The notes: generated by a model from the sequence alone, not told the origin. A stretch of DNA of 64,000 bases from Nitrospirota bacterium (GCA_963741205.1 CAVUHW010000022.1:134823-198822); one strand, 5' to 3'. Numbered from the stretch's first letter, positions 10,340 through 21,170 are shown. Numbers and translations: made by a program.

Positions 10340-12193
10340 ATGGCCCGAACAGCTTCGCGAACGCACAAGACGTCCAGAGCGGCCTTGAAAATAGGCCGGA
10401 CCGCCTGGGACCTTGATCCGCTCTTTACGGGCGACAACGATCCGCGGATGGAACAGAAAAGGAAGATCGTCGAGCGAAAGGGCCGTCGAGTTCATCAACG
10501 CCTGGAAGGACCGGACGGATTATCTGGAAGACCCCGCGGTCCTGCGTCTGGCGCTGGACCAGTACGAATCATGGAAGCGCCGGTACGGCTCCGACGGCGA
10601 TGAGGGATATTATTTCTGGCTCCGCACCCAGCAGGACCAGAACGACCCGAAGCTCAAGGCCCGGTTCAACAAGATCGAGGAGTTCAGCAAGAAGATCGAA
10701 AACGATATCCAGTTCTTTTACCTCCGCATCGCGAGGATCAAACCGGAAGCCCAGCGGCTGTTTCTGCGAGGACGGCGGTCTGGCGAAATACCGGCACTTC
10801 CTCGAGCGCATCTTTGCAGAAGCCCGCTTTCACCTGAGCGAGCCCGAGGAAAAGATCCTGAACCTCAAGTCGGCGACATCGTACTCGAACTGGACGAGAA
10901 TGACCTCCGGGTTCCTTTCCCGGGAAGAGCGCGCCGTGTCGGCGAAGACGGACTGAAGAAAGTCAGGTCCTTCTCGGAGATCGTCGGGATGATGAACAGC
11001 AAGGTCAAGCAGGCGCGCGATTCGGCGGCAGCGGCGTTCAATGACATCCTGCAAAAGAACGTCGAGGTCGCCGAGGCGGAGCTCAATTCCGTTCTGGCAG
11101 AACAAGAAGATCGATGACGAGCTCCGCGGCACGCCCCGGCCCGACACCCTGAGGCACCTGGCGGACGACATCGAGAGCGAGGTCGTGGACGCCCTGATCG
11201 ATTCCGTCGCGCGGCGCTTCGACATCCCGTCGCGGTACTACGAGCTCAAGGCAAAGCTGCTCAAGGTGAAACTGCTTCAGTACCACGAGCGGAACGTCGA
11301 ATACGGTGTCGTCGCCAGGCGGTATCCCTACGCGCAGTCAATAAACCTTGTCTACCGGGTGATGGATAAACTCGACGGCCGGTTCGGCGATATCTTTGCG
11401 GGGTTCGTCAAGAACGGACAGATCGACGCCTACCCCCGGAAGGGCAAGGACAGCGGCGCCTTCTGCATGCATCATCTCCTGATCCAGCCCACGTATATCC
11501 TCTTGAACCACACCGGAAAATTGCACGACGTCCTGACCATCGCCCACGAGCTGGGCCACGGCATCAACAACGAGCTCATCCGCGAAAAGCAGCATGCCCT
11601 CGATTTCGGCACGCCCACCTCGACGGCCGAGGTCGCGAGCACCTTCATGGAAGATTTCGTGCTCGACGAGATCCTCACGACAGCGGACGACGAACTGCGG
11701 CTCGCCATCATGGTGCAGAAACTGAACGACGACGTCTCGTCCATCTTCCGCCAGGTCGCCTGCTACCGGTTCGAGCAGGAACTGCATGCCGACGTTCCGC
11801 GCGAAAGGGTATCTGTCGAAGGAAGAGATCGGGAAGCTCTTTCAGAAGCACATGGCGGCGTACATGGGAAAGGCCGTAGAGCAGTCGGCGGGGTCGGAGA
11901 ACTGGTGGGTCTACTGGAGTCATATCCGGTATTTCTTTTACGTCTATTCCTACGCGAGCGGGCTCTTGATCTCGAAGTCGCTCCAGAATTCGGTGAAGCA
12001 GGACCCGGCGTTCATCATCAAGGTAAAGGAATTTCTGTCCGCGGGATTGTCGGATTCCCCGAAGAACATCTTCCACCGGCTCGGCATAGACATATCGGAC
12101 AGGCAGTTCTGGAACAAGGGGCTGGACGAGGTGGAGAAACTGCTCGATGAGGCGGAGATTCTTGCGAGGAAACTGGAAAAGATTAAGAAGTAA
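10340..12193 (+). CDS. pepF: Oligoendopeptidase F, M3 family (frameshifted)
   Basis: WDLDPLF N-terminus, PRKGKDSGAF, TIAHELGH zinc motif, TAEVAS, FYVYSYA. Confidence 0.9.
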
Positions 12194-12262
12194 TGGCGGG
12201 GTGGATCCCGATTTAATCGGGACGACCTTCCTGGTTTGTCGGGACGTTCTAATCTGCTGACT
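12194..12262 (-). pseudogene. tRNA-Asp-derived pseudo-tRNA with palindromes replacing anticodon and T arms
   Basis: Minus strand agtcagcagattagaacg-tcccgacaaaccagga-aggtcg-tcccgattaaatcggga-tccaccccgcca, colinear with tRNA-Asp. Confidence 0.75.
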
Positions 12263-12500
12263 TTATTATCTTCATCAGAAGATCTTTCCTGTGGAGTGAT
12301 TTCAATTCATTTTCCCTTTTTACTGCATCTGATCTAGTGTCAAATGTTTCGTTGTAAAGCAACTTCCAGGGTCTCTTTGATTTTGTATAATTCGATCTCC
12401 CCTGGTTATGTCTTATCAGCCGTGCTTTCAGGTTTGAGGTTTGTCCTACATAGAAGGAGTGATCCACTTCGCTTTGGAGAATATACACTTGGAAGGACAT
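12249..12500 (-). CDS. Stand-alone GIY-YIG nuclease
   Basis: MSFQVYILQS..FYVGQT.NL..RL..HN.G...YTK..RPW..AVKRE..LK; AT-rich; stop codon lies inside the pseudo-tRNA D-arm. Confidence 0.9.
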   Translation of the reverse strand: MSFQVYILQSEVDHSFYVGQTSNLKARLIRHNQGRSNYTKSKRPWKLLYNETFDTRSDAVKRENELKSLHRKDLLMKIIKSAD

Positions 12501-12519
12501 ATCTATGAAAGAGGAAAAT

Positions 12520-12596
12520 TGGCGGGGCGGACGGGGCTCGAACCCGCGACCTCTAGCGTGACAGGCTAGCGTTCTAACCAGCTGAACTACCACCCC
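12520..12596 (-). tRNA. tRNA-Asp(GTC)
   Basis: GGGGTGGTAGTTCAGCTGGTTAGAACGCTAGCCTGTCACGCTAGAGGTCGCGGGTTCGAGCCCCGTCCGCCCCGCCA; cloverleaf with CCA end. Confidence 0.97.
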
Positions 12597-12639
12597 ATAT
12601 ACAGGAGTTACTACAACAACTTATTGAAAATAAACTTCT

Positions 12640-12695
12640 GAACCCGCGACCTTCCCGACTTGTCGGGACGTTCTAACCAGCTGAACTACCACCCC
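12640..12695 (-). pseudogene. Truncated tRNA-Asp copy with anticodon arm replaced by TCCCGACAAGTCGGGA
   Basis: 5' part identical to tRNA-Asp through TAGAACG, then the palindrome, then AGGTCGCGGGTTC; 3' end missing. Confidence 0.8.
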
Positions 12696-12774
12696 AATTG
12701 AACTTAGTACAGAGTTCTGAGTTCAAAGTTCAGAGTGAAAAAACGAGCAGTTTGTACTCTGAACGTAGTATTTC

Positions 12775-12850
12775 TGGTAGGCGGAACAGGGATCGAACCT
12801 GTGACCCCAGCCTTGTAAGGGCTGTGCTCTCCCAGCTGAGCTATCCGCCC
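12775..12850 (-). tRNA. tRNA-Val(TAC)
   Basis: GGGCGGATAGCTCAGCTGGGAGAGCACAGCCCTTACAAGGCTGGGGTCACAGGTTCGATCCCTGTTCCGCCTACCA. Confidence 0.97.
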
Positions 12851-12967
12851 GGTTCCAACCGCTTGGAAAAAGTAATATCTATTATTCCGTTGAAAATGTC
12901 AAGCGAAATCTAAAATAACGGACCAGGGGCCAGGCGGCCAAAGCCGGGAAAACCTCTATTAAATCAC

Positions 12968-13441
12968 TCATTTTTTCAGCGCCGGCCCGAGCAGGAGCAG
13001 GACGGCGCCGTCCGCGAAGAGCAGCAGGTTGAGCGACATGCTGGCAGCGTGCAGCCGGGCAAATTGCTTCCGCATCGGCGAGTCAGGCGATTCACGCTCA
13101 AAAGAGGTAATTTGCTGTTTCACCTTCACCGTGGCAGGATAAATCTTGAACGCAACCGAGGCGCTGATGATGAGAGCCGCGATCAAAAGAAAAAATGAGA
13201 TCCGGGCGGGAGGGCTCGATTGATCTCCGGCGACGGTAAAAAAGAGGATGAATGCCAATACCGCGAGAACGAGGTTATAGAGAAAATATCCCGGAAACAA
13301 TTTTCCCACGATCTGGCCCGCCATGTCCCGCCCATAGGATTTGAAGATCGCAGGGGTGACGACGAACGTGAAAATAGCAATGCCGCCCACCAGGAGGGCG
13401 AGGATGATATTGTAAAAAGAAAACCAGGTCAGCTTCATCAT
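12968..13441 (-). CDS. DUF4149/TMEM205-like membrane protein
   Basis: Four hydrophobic segments, FVVTPAIF, AGQIVGKLFPGY, FARLHAASMSLN. Confidence 0.8.
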   Translation of the reverse strand: MMKLTWFSFYNIILALLVGGIAIFTFVVTPAIFKSYGRDMAGQIVGKLFPGYFLYNLVLAVLAFILFFTVAGDQSSPPARISFFLLIAALIISASVAFKIYPATVKVKQQITSFERESPDSPMRKQFARLHAASMSLNLLLFADGAVLLLLGPALKK

Positions 13442-13455
13442 TCTCCCTTTCCTCG

Positions 13456-13541
13456 GTCATCCCCGAGCGTTACTATCGGGGATCCGGTGTTGCTACCCTT
13501 GTTCTGAGAACCGGATTCCCGATTAGGGCTTCGGGAATGAC
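13456..13541. repeat. REP-like palindromic element
   Basis: gtcatccccga...tcggggatccgg / ccggattccc...cgggaatgac. Confidence 0.75.
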
Positions 13542-13591
13542 AGTTTCTTGCCGCAGGGGCGTTGTTTTCGTCCCATGACGAGGAGGTTATT

Positions 13592-15492
13592 CTACTCCCT
13601 GAACGACATGGTCAGTTCGTAGATTCCGCCCTCACTCCTCTTCTCGAGGTTGAATCCCGCTTTTTCGAACAGCTGGAGCATATGCGTATTTTCCATCAAC
13701 ACCGCCGCCGTAAAGCCGAGAAGGCCTTTTTTCCTTGCGAGGTATGTAACATAGGAAAGCAGCACTGCGCCGATGCCCCTGCCTTGGTATACGTCGCGCA
13801 CCACGAAGGCTGCCTCGGCGGTATGTTTGGTCTCGTCGATCAGGTACTGGGCCATGCCTACGATGAGCTCCGTCCCCTCATGCTGGATCACGGCGAGGAT
13901 CACCATCTCCTTGGTGTAGTCGATCACCACGAAGGGCTGCAGCCGTTCATGGTGCATATCCTTGCGCGTTGACATGAAACGACGGTACATGGAGTCGTTC
14001 GAGAGAGAATAAAAGAAGTCCTTCAGAAGGTGTTCGTCGGAGAGCTTCACCGGGCGCAGAAAGATATTCAAACCGGTGAACGTCGTTTTGTAGGTTTCGA
14101 GCTCCTCGGGGTATACACCCTGCACGCCGGGAATGAATGCCTGGTCCTTATAGATGAGCCTCGCGCTCCTTGGCCCGCTCGATGAGCTGTTCCCGGAACT
14201 TCGGGTGGGCGATCGCGATGAGGTCCATGGCGCGTTCGCGGATGTTCTTGCCGTGGAGGTAGGCAATGCCGTATTCCGTGACCACGTAGTGGACATCTCC
14301 GCGGGAGAGCGTCACGCCGGCGCCCTCCATGCAGGAAGGGAACGATGCGCGACACTTCGCCGTCCTCCGCCGTGGACTGGAGCGCCAGGATCGTCTTACC
14401 GCCCCGGGACAGGATGGCGCCGCGCATGAAGTCGGCCTGGCCGCCGATGCCGCTGTAGAAGGGCGTTGCCGAGGGACTCGGCCGTCGCCTGTCCCGTGAG
14501 GTCGATCTCGAGGGCGCTGTTGATGGCGGTCATGTTCTTCTGGCGCGCCAGGACCGTCGGATTGTTGGTATAGTTCACGGGCCGGAATTCGATGGCCGGG
14601 TTGTCGTGGAGGTAGTCGTACGTGTCGCGTTTGCCCATGCAGAAGGCGGCCACGGTCTTGCCGCGGTTCAGCTCCTTGCGGGAGTTGTCGATGACGCGCT
14701 GCCGCATCAGCTCGACGATGCCGTCGGTGAGGAGCTCGGTGTGCACGCCCAGGTGCTCTTTGTTCTTGAGGTGGGCGAGGATCGCGTTCGGGATGCTCCC
14801 GTAGCCGACCTGGATCGTGTCGCCGTCCTGAACGATGCGCGCGACGTAGGTGCCGATCTTCTGGCTGATCTCGTCCGCAACATTGTCCTCGTACTCCAGG
14901 AGCGGCTCGTCGCAGGGAATGATGAAGTCCACGTCCTTGATGTTGATGAAGGTTTCGCCGAGGACCCGCGGCATGCGGGGGTTCACCTGGGCGATGACGA
15001 GGGGGGCGTTCTCCGTCGCGGCCTTCACGATGTCCACGCTGATGCCAAGGCTCATGAAGCCGTGCTCGTCAGGGAGCGAGGTCTGGATCAGGGCCACGTC
15101 AACGGGCACGAGTTTTTTCTGGAACAGGTCGGGCACCTGGGACAGAAAGACGGGCGTATAGTCCGCAAGCCCCTGGTTGACCGCTTCGCGGGTGTTGTTG
15201 CCGATGAAAAAGGAATTGTGCCGGAAGTTGTCCTTGAACTTCTGCGTCCGCGTAGGGCGCAACGCCCAGGGTCCAGACCTGGAGCAGCTCTGCGTCGAAA
15301 AAGGCCTTGGGATTGGACCGGACGTAGTTGATGAGCGCCTGGACCAGGCACTGCGGCTCGCCGCAGCCCGTGCCGATAAAGATCCGGTTCCCGGGATGGA
15401 TGGCGCTGAAGATCCGCTGCTCCGACGGGAATTTCTCGGGATAGAGCGCTTTGATATGCGGCGATTTTGTCCAGCCAATTTTCAGCAGTCAT
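13592..15492 (-). CDS. Acetyl-CoA hydrolase/transferase fused to C-terminal GNAT acetyltransferase (frameshifted)
   Basis: DGDTIQVGYGSIP, LGVHTE, AINSALEIDLTGQ, YVVTEYG, then YRRFMS...AEAAFVVRDVYQGRGIG GNAT motif. Confidence 0.9.
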
Positions 15493-15636
15493 CGACGTTG
15501 CGCCTCCCGTGCCTCATCCTTCTCGTCATGAAGTATAGCAGAAGGGCGGCGATTCGTGGTACGCGGGATGCGCAAAGCGGTCGATATTTTCCTCGCCCTT
15601 GACCCTTCGCTGTTTCTCAACTACACTTAATCCATC

Positions 15637-17799
15637 ATGCTCGAATCCCTCTTCAACCCCGCCGCAATTGCGGTAGTCGGCGCGTCAGCGTGATGAAAAA
15701 AAAGTGGGCCACTCGGTCCTCCGGAATCTCTGTCGGTTCAGATTCCCCGGTCGTCTCTATCCCGTCAATCCGTCCGGCGGCGAGATCCTCGGGCTCAAGG
15801 CATACGCGAAAGTATCGGACATCGGGCAGCCCGTCGACCTCGCGGTCATCGTCATCCCGGCGCACTTCGTTCCCGCCGCGCTCCGGGAGTGCGCGGCAGC
15901 GGGGATCAAGTCGGCCATTGTCATCAGCGCGGGGTTCAAGGAGGCGGGCAAGGAAGGCACGCTGCTCGAGGAAGAGCTGAAAGCAGATCGGTAAGGAGCA
16001 GGGCATCCGCATCCTGGGGCCGAACTGCCTCGGCCTCATCAACACCGCGAACGACATGAACGCCACCTTCGCCGCGGACATGCTGCCCAGAGGCACGATC
16101 GGCTTTTTTTCCCAGTCCGGCGCCATGGGAATCGCCATCATGGACTGGGCCATCGGCAACGAGGTGGGGTTTTCGAAATTCATCAGCCTCGGGAACAAGG
16201 CCGACCTCTCGGAGATCGACTTCATCGAGTATTTCATGAACGATCCCGACACGAGCCTCATACTGGGCTACATCGAGGACGTGGTGGACGGCAGGCGCTT
16301 CATGGAGATCGCCGCAAAGGCCACCAAGGTCAAGCCCGTCATCCTCCTGAAGTCCGGCGGCACCGAGGCCGGCGCGCGCGCGGCCTCGTCCCACACCGGC
16401 GCGCTTGCCGGGTCGGACACCGCCTTCGATGCGGCCTTCAAGCAGACCGGCGTGATGCGGGCCCAGGGCGTGCAGGACCTGTTCGATACGGCGCTTGCCT
16501 TTGCCGAGGGGAAGATCCCGGCGGGGAACGGCCTGCTGGTCATCACGAACGCCGGCGGACCGGGCATCATCGCCGCGGACACCGCGGAGCGGCTCGGCGT
16601 GGAGCTGCCGCACATGACCAAGGAAAGCATCACCGCAATGGCCACAGAAACTCCCGCCGAACGCCACGGTCTTCAACCCCGTGGATGTGATCGGCGACGC
16701 CACGTCCGAGCGGTACGCGGCCGTGCTCGAGCAGGCGGCAAAGGACCCGAACGTGGACGGCATCCTCGTGATCCTGACGCCCCAGGCCATGACGGACATG
16801 GAGAAGACGGCCGACGTGGTCATTGCCGCGGCGAGGTCCACGGACAAACCGGTCATCACGTCCTTCATGGGCGAAAAGCGGGTGCGCCCGGCCATCGACA
16901 AGCTGAAGGACGCGTCGGTCCCGAACTTCTCCTATCCCGAGCTTGCGGTCAAGGCGTTCAAGAGGCTGTCGGACCAGCGGTCATGGAAGAATGAACAGCC
17001 CGAAGAGCTGGTGACCAGCTGGTACAACTTCGACGCGGCGGCCGAGACCGTCTCGTCCATCCTCAGGTCGGGCGTCTATCAGGTCGGCGAAGAAGAGGCC
17101 ATGCGGATCCTCACCTATTACGGATTCCAGTTCCCGAAGCGCGCCCTGGCCCGGACCTCGCGCGAGGCGGCCCAGCAGGCGTCGAGGATCGGGTTCCCGG
17201 TGGTGATGAAGATCTCCTCGCCCGACATCCTGCACAAGACCGACGTGGGCGGCGTGCGCGTGAACGTCAAGACGCCGAAGGAGGCGGAGGAGGCCTTCAC
17301 GGAGATCACCGCGAACGCGCGGCGCATCATGCGCGACGCCTTCATCAAGGGCGTGATGGTCTACGAGATGGTGAAGGGCGGCAAGGAAGTGATCCTCGGC
17401 GTCACCTATGACCGGACCTTCGGCCACATGATCATGTTCGGCCTGGGCGGCATCTACGTGGAGGTCCTGAAGGACGTGTCGTTCAGGATCGTGCCCGTGG
17501 CCCGGCGGGACGCCCTCGCCATGGTGAACGAGATCAGGACCGTGGGCCTCCTGCGCGGCGCGCGCGGGGAGCGGCCGGCTGACATCGACGCCATCGCGAC
17601 CAATATCGTGAACCTCTCGTGCCTGGTCACCGATTTTCCCGAGATCCAGGAACTGGACATCAATCCGCTTATGGTGATGGAAAAGGGCGCAGTGGCGCTC
17701 GATGCGAGGATCATCTTCAAGCAGCCGGAGAGTAAGGGCAAAATAACAATAAGGCGTCTGCCGAAACAGAGGGACACCGTGCATGGCAGAGCACAATGA
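15637..17799 (+). CDS. ADP-forming acetate/acyl-CoA ligase, fused alpha-beta (frameshifted)
   Basis: ILGPNCLG, SQSGA, SLGNKAD, AASSHTGALAG, ITNAGGPG, HKTDVGGV, ELDINPL. Confidence 0.9.
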
Positions 17800-18250
17800 G
17801 GATGCAGGCAGAAGGACACAGAGTATAAGATGAATGATCCTTTGACTGAACAGATAAGTAGCCGCTGTAATAGGAGTACATCGTATCTAAGGGCCTGGTT
17901 TATTGGAATGCAATTTGCGAAGAGGCTTTCTGTCATGAACTATCGCTCAGAAGGATGCTTAGTAGAACGGCAAAAAGAAGTTGACGTGATTTACAAAGAT
18001 AAAATCATCAAAGGGCAGCGTCTTGATCTAGTCGTAAACAAAGAAGTTGTCGTAGAAGTCAAATCCGTACGCAAGTCTACGGACGATGTTCTACGCTGAA
18101 TTGTCATCGTATCTCAAGGGCACCGGACTTAGTCGAGGATTGCTGATCAATTTTGGCGAAAAGAGACTCATCGATGGTGTTAAACGCATTTCGCTTTGAC
18201 GGCCATTTTGTTTATTCGGTTTCCTCTGTGGTCTCTGTGCCCTCTGTGGC
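17759..18250 (+). mobile_element. GxxExxY cassette flanked by inverted roughly 9-mer repeats
   Basis: Left cagagggacac...gacacagag, right ctctgtggtctctgtgccctctgtggc; AT-richer insert between two acetate genes. Confidence 0.6.
17830..18199 (+). CDS. GxxExxY protein, PD-(D/E)XK nuclease-like (frameshifted)
   Basis: GPGLLE, ERQKEVDVIYKD, RLDLVVNKEVVVEVKSV, YLKGTGLSRGLLINFG. Confidence 0.85.
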
Positions 18251-18280
18251 AAAAAATTCTGCGATCTTAAGGAGGCTTAC

Positions 18281-19336
18281 ATGATCCCCATATTCATCGC
18301 ATCCAATACCGGCTATTCAGGCCGGACCTTCGTTTCCCTCGGTCTCGCCATGAAGCTCATCGAACAGGGCTACAAGGTTGGGTACCTGAAGCCCATCGGC
18401 AAGGTGCCGGTGAAGAAGGGCAAGAACGTCTACGACGCAGACGCCCTGTTCATCAAGGAGACGCTCAGGCTCGAGGAGCCGATGGAGGTGATCTCGCCCT
18501 TTGTCCAGACCTACGAGAGCCAGACCCTGCTCTTTCAAGGCAGCCTCGGGGACGTGAGAAAAGACATCCTCGGCGCGTTCAAGACCCTCAAGAAGAAGGA
18601 TTTCGTCATCATCGGCGGGGCGAGCGACCTGTTCGATGGATCTCTCCTGGGCGTGAATGCCCTCTCTCTCATAAGCGACATGAAGGCATACCTTTTCATG
18701 GTCGAACCCTGGCGCGGCGAGACCTCGGCGGACGTGCTCTACGGCGCGTACAAGCTCCTGGGCGAGCGGTTCGCGGGCGGCGTCATCAACAAGGTGCCGG
18801 TGAGCGCGGTTTCCCACGTGCGGGAGACCGTGCGGCCCTTCCTGGAGAAGAAAGGCGTCAGGGTCTTCGGCGTCTTTGCCAAGGACCACACTCTTGAGGC
18901 CGTGACCGTGCGCCAGTTAATCGACATTTTGAACGGGAAGGTGCTCTGCTGCGAGGACCGCCTTGATGAATACGTCGAGAATTTCTCCGTGGGCGCCATG
19001 GACGTCGACAGCGCCCTCGCCTATTTCCGGAGAATCCCGAACAAGGCCGTGATCACCGGCGCGCACCGCTCCGACATCCAGCTCGCGGCAATGGAGACTT
19101 CGACGCGGTGCATCATCCTGACCGGCGGCCTCACAACGAACGATGTCGTCATCGGCAAGGCCCAGGCCAAGGGCATCCCCATCATCTCCGTCGCGGACGA
19201 CACCTTCACCACCATCGACAGGATCGAGGTGAGCATGGGCAAGACGAGCATCCGGGAAAAGCGGAAAGTGGACCGGGTGAAGGAGTTGATGGACGTCGAA
19301 TTCGACATCAAGCGGTTTTTGAAGAGCGTGAAATGA
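18281..19336 (+). CDS. Phosphotransacetylase N-terminal-like protein (BioD-like plus DRTGG domain)
   Basis: GYSGRT..LGL, GYLKPIG, VGAM, VITGAHRSDIQ, IILTGG; no catalytic PTA domain. Confidence 0.85.
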   Translation: MIPIFIASNTGYSGRTFVSLGLAMKLIEQGYKVGYLKPIGKVPVKKGKNVYDADALFIKETLRLEEPMEVISPFVQTYESQTLLFQGSLGDVRKDILGAFKTLKKKDFVIIGGASDLFDGSLLGVNALSLISDMKAYLFMVEPWRGETSADVLYGAYKLLGERFAGGVINKVPVSAVSHVRETVRPFLEKKGVRVFGVFAKDHTLEAVTVRQLIDILNGKVLCCEDRLDEYVENFSVGAMDVDSALAYFRRIPNKAVITGAHRSDIQLAAMETSTRCIILTGGLTTNDVVIGKAQAKGIPIISVADDTFTTIDRIEVSMGKTSIREKRKVDRVKELMDVEFDIKRFLKSVK

Positions 19337-19495
19337 GGGGAGCGAGGGGCAAGTAGACAGTGGCAAGTGGACAAGTAGCAAGTGGCATGGAGCAAGCAGG
19401 TAGCCAGCAGCGTAGCAAGTGAGCAGGAAAAACCGGATTTTGCTTTTCCTTGCTACATGCTACTTGCCCCTCGCTACACACCCCTTGCTACTGGT
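19337..19495. repeat. Heptamer tandem repeats in inverted arrangement
   Basis: gcaagta/gcaagtg/acaagta units, then ttgctac/tgctact/tcgctac units. Confidence 0.7.
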
Positions 19496-19555
19496 CCCTC
19501 GAAAATGCCCCTTTCCTTCTTGACACCCCCCGCTATTAATGCTATTTTTTTGACC

Positions 19556-20440
19556 ATGCTTATTTATCTTAACGGCCATTTTGTGGCGAAGGAACAGGCC
19601 CTCGTATCGGTATTCGACCACGGATTTCTCTACGGCGACGGCATCTATGAGACTGTCCGCGCTTACGGAGGCCGGATCTTTCTGCTCAAGAAACATCTTG
19701 CCCGCCTGAAGCGCTCGGCAGCCGCCATATCCCTGAAGCTTCCCCTGCCTCTCGAAGAAATCGGCGATGCGCTGAACGAATCGCTGAACGTCAACAAACT
19801 TCAGGAAGCCTATGTCCGGCTCCAAATCTCGCGCGGGCCCGGTGAGATCGGGCTCGACCCAGCCCTCTGCCCCGCTCCCACAGTCGTCATCGTGGCAAAA
19901 CCATTCCACGACTATCCGGCCGCGGACTACGAGCGCGGCGTCAGGGTCGCCATCGTCAAAACGCGACGAAACCATCCTCTTGCGCTCGCCCCGTCCATCA
20001 AAGGCACGAACTTCCTGAACAACATCCTCGCCAAGATCGAGGCGATCAAGGCCGGCGCCTACGAAGGGATCATGCTTAACTGGGAGGGCTATGTGGCCGA
20101 GGGCACAATCTGCAACATCTTCGCCGTAAAGAAAGGGGCACTGCTCACGCCGCACCTGGACACCGGCATCCTCGAGGGCGTGACCCGCGATCTCGTGCTC
20201 CGCCTGGCGAAGCGAAACAAGGTCTCCGTAAGGGAAGTTCTCATGAGGCCAAAGGACCTTCTTTCCGCCGAGGAGTGCTTCATCACGAACACCACCATGG
20301 AGATCATGCCGGTCAGGTCCATTGATAAAAAAACCGTGGGAAGCGGCAGACCCGGTCCTGTCACTGCTCTCTTGCACGAGGCCTACCGGAAAGAGGTGCT
20401 CGCATGTTTAAAAACGCAGGAGAGCTGGCACAGGCCATAG
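19556..20440 (+). CDS. ilvE: Class IV aminotransferase (IlvE/PabC family)
   Basis: DHGFLYGDGIYET, IKGTNFLNN, AEG..CNIF, ILEGVTR, ECFITNT. Confidence 0.85.
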   Translation: MLIYLNGHFVAKEQALVSVFDHGFLYGDGIYETVRAYGGRIFLLKKHLARLKRSAAAISLKLPLPLEEIGDALNESLNVNKLQEAYVRLQISRGPGEIGLDPALCPAPTVVIVAKPFHDYPAADYERGVRVAIVKTRRNHPLALAPSIKGTNFLNNILAKIEAIKAGAYEGIMLNWEGYVAEGTICNIFAVKKGALLTPHLDTGILEGVTRDLVLRLAKRNKVSVREVLMRPKDLLSAEECFITNTTMEIMPVRSIDKKTVGSGRPGPVTALLHEAYRKEVLACLKTQESWHRP

Positions 20441-21093
20441 ACCACACGCTGGTGCGTCCCGACGCAACGCTCGACGACCTTGCCGCAGCCTGCGAAGAGG
20501 CGAAGAAATACGGCTTTACCTGCGTTGTGGTGCAGGGCTGCCACGTGACCCGGGCGCGGGAGCTTCTGGACGGCACGCTGGTGAAAGTGTGCTCGGTCGT
20601 GGGGTTCCCTCACGGGGCGAACACGACGACGGTGAAGATCGTGGAGGCTATGGAGGCCATGAAAAACGGCGCCAGCGAGCTCGACGTGGTCGTGAACATC
20701 GGCATGGTGAAGTCGGGCAGATATGACCTGGCGGAGATCGACATCAAGAACGTCATCGCCATGACTCAGGGGAAGGTCCACAAGGTTATCCTCGAGACCG
20801 GGATGCTCACCGAAGACGAGATCATCCGCGTCTGCGAGATCTCGATGCGCGCCGGGGCAGAGTTCGTGAAGACATCGACGGGCTACGGCCCCCGGGGCGC
20901 GACCGTGGAGGACGTGCGGCTCATCCGCGGCATCGTCGGTTCCGTCTGCCGCGTGAAGGCCTCGGGCGGTATCAGGGACCTCGCGGCGGCCACGGCCATG
21001 GTCGGGGCAGGCGCCGAGAGGATCGGAACGAGCTCGGGGCCGGCGATCATGGAAGAATATCTTAGATCTTCGCTCGCGGCTCATAGCTCTTAG
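20404..21093 (+). CDS. deoC: Deoxyribose-phosphate aldolase
   Basis: IDHTL, VVGFPHG, ELDVV, KVILET, FVKTSTGY, VKASGGIR, RIGTSS. Confidence 0.95.
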   Translation: MFKNAGELAQAIDHTLVRPDATLDDLAAACEEAKKYGFTCVVVQGCHVTRARELLDGTLVKVCSVVGFPHGANTTTVKIVEAMEAMKNGASELDVVVNIGMVKSGRYDLAEIDIKNVIAMTQGKVHKVILETGMLTEDEIIRVCEISMRAGAEFVKTSTGYGPRGATVEDVRLIRGIVGSVCRVKASGGIRDLAAATAMVGAGAERIGTSSGPAIMEEYLRSSLAAHSS

Positions 21094-21170
21094 CTTCACC
21101 GATCAGCTATGAACCATCAACTATCAGCTGGTTTTTTACTCTATAACTTCTATGGCAAAAGACTAATACG

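Noticed and set aside
12249-12593. 114-aa GIY-YIG ORF with N-terminal extension
   Set aside because: The extension is the tRNA-Asp gene read as codons; the likely start is ATG 12500.
19337-19495. CRISPR array
   Set aside because: Units are 7-nt degenerate tandem repeats without unique spacers; no cas genes or CRISPR-like array are seen in the window.
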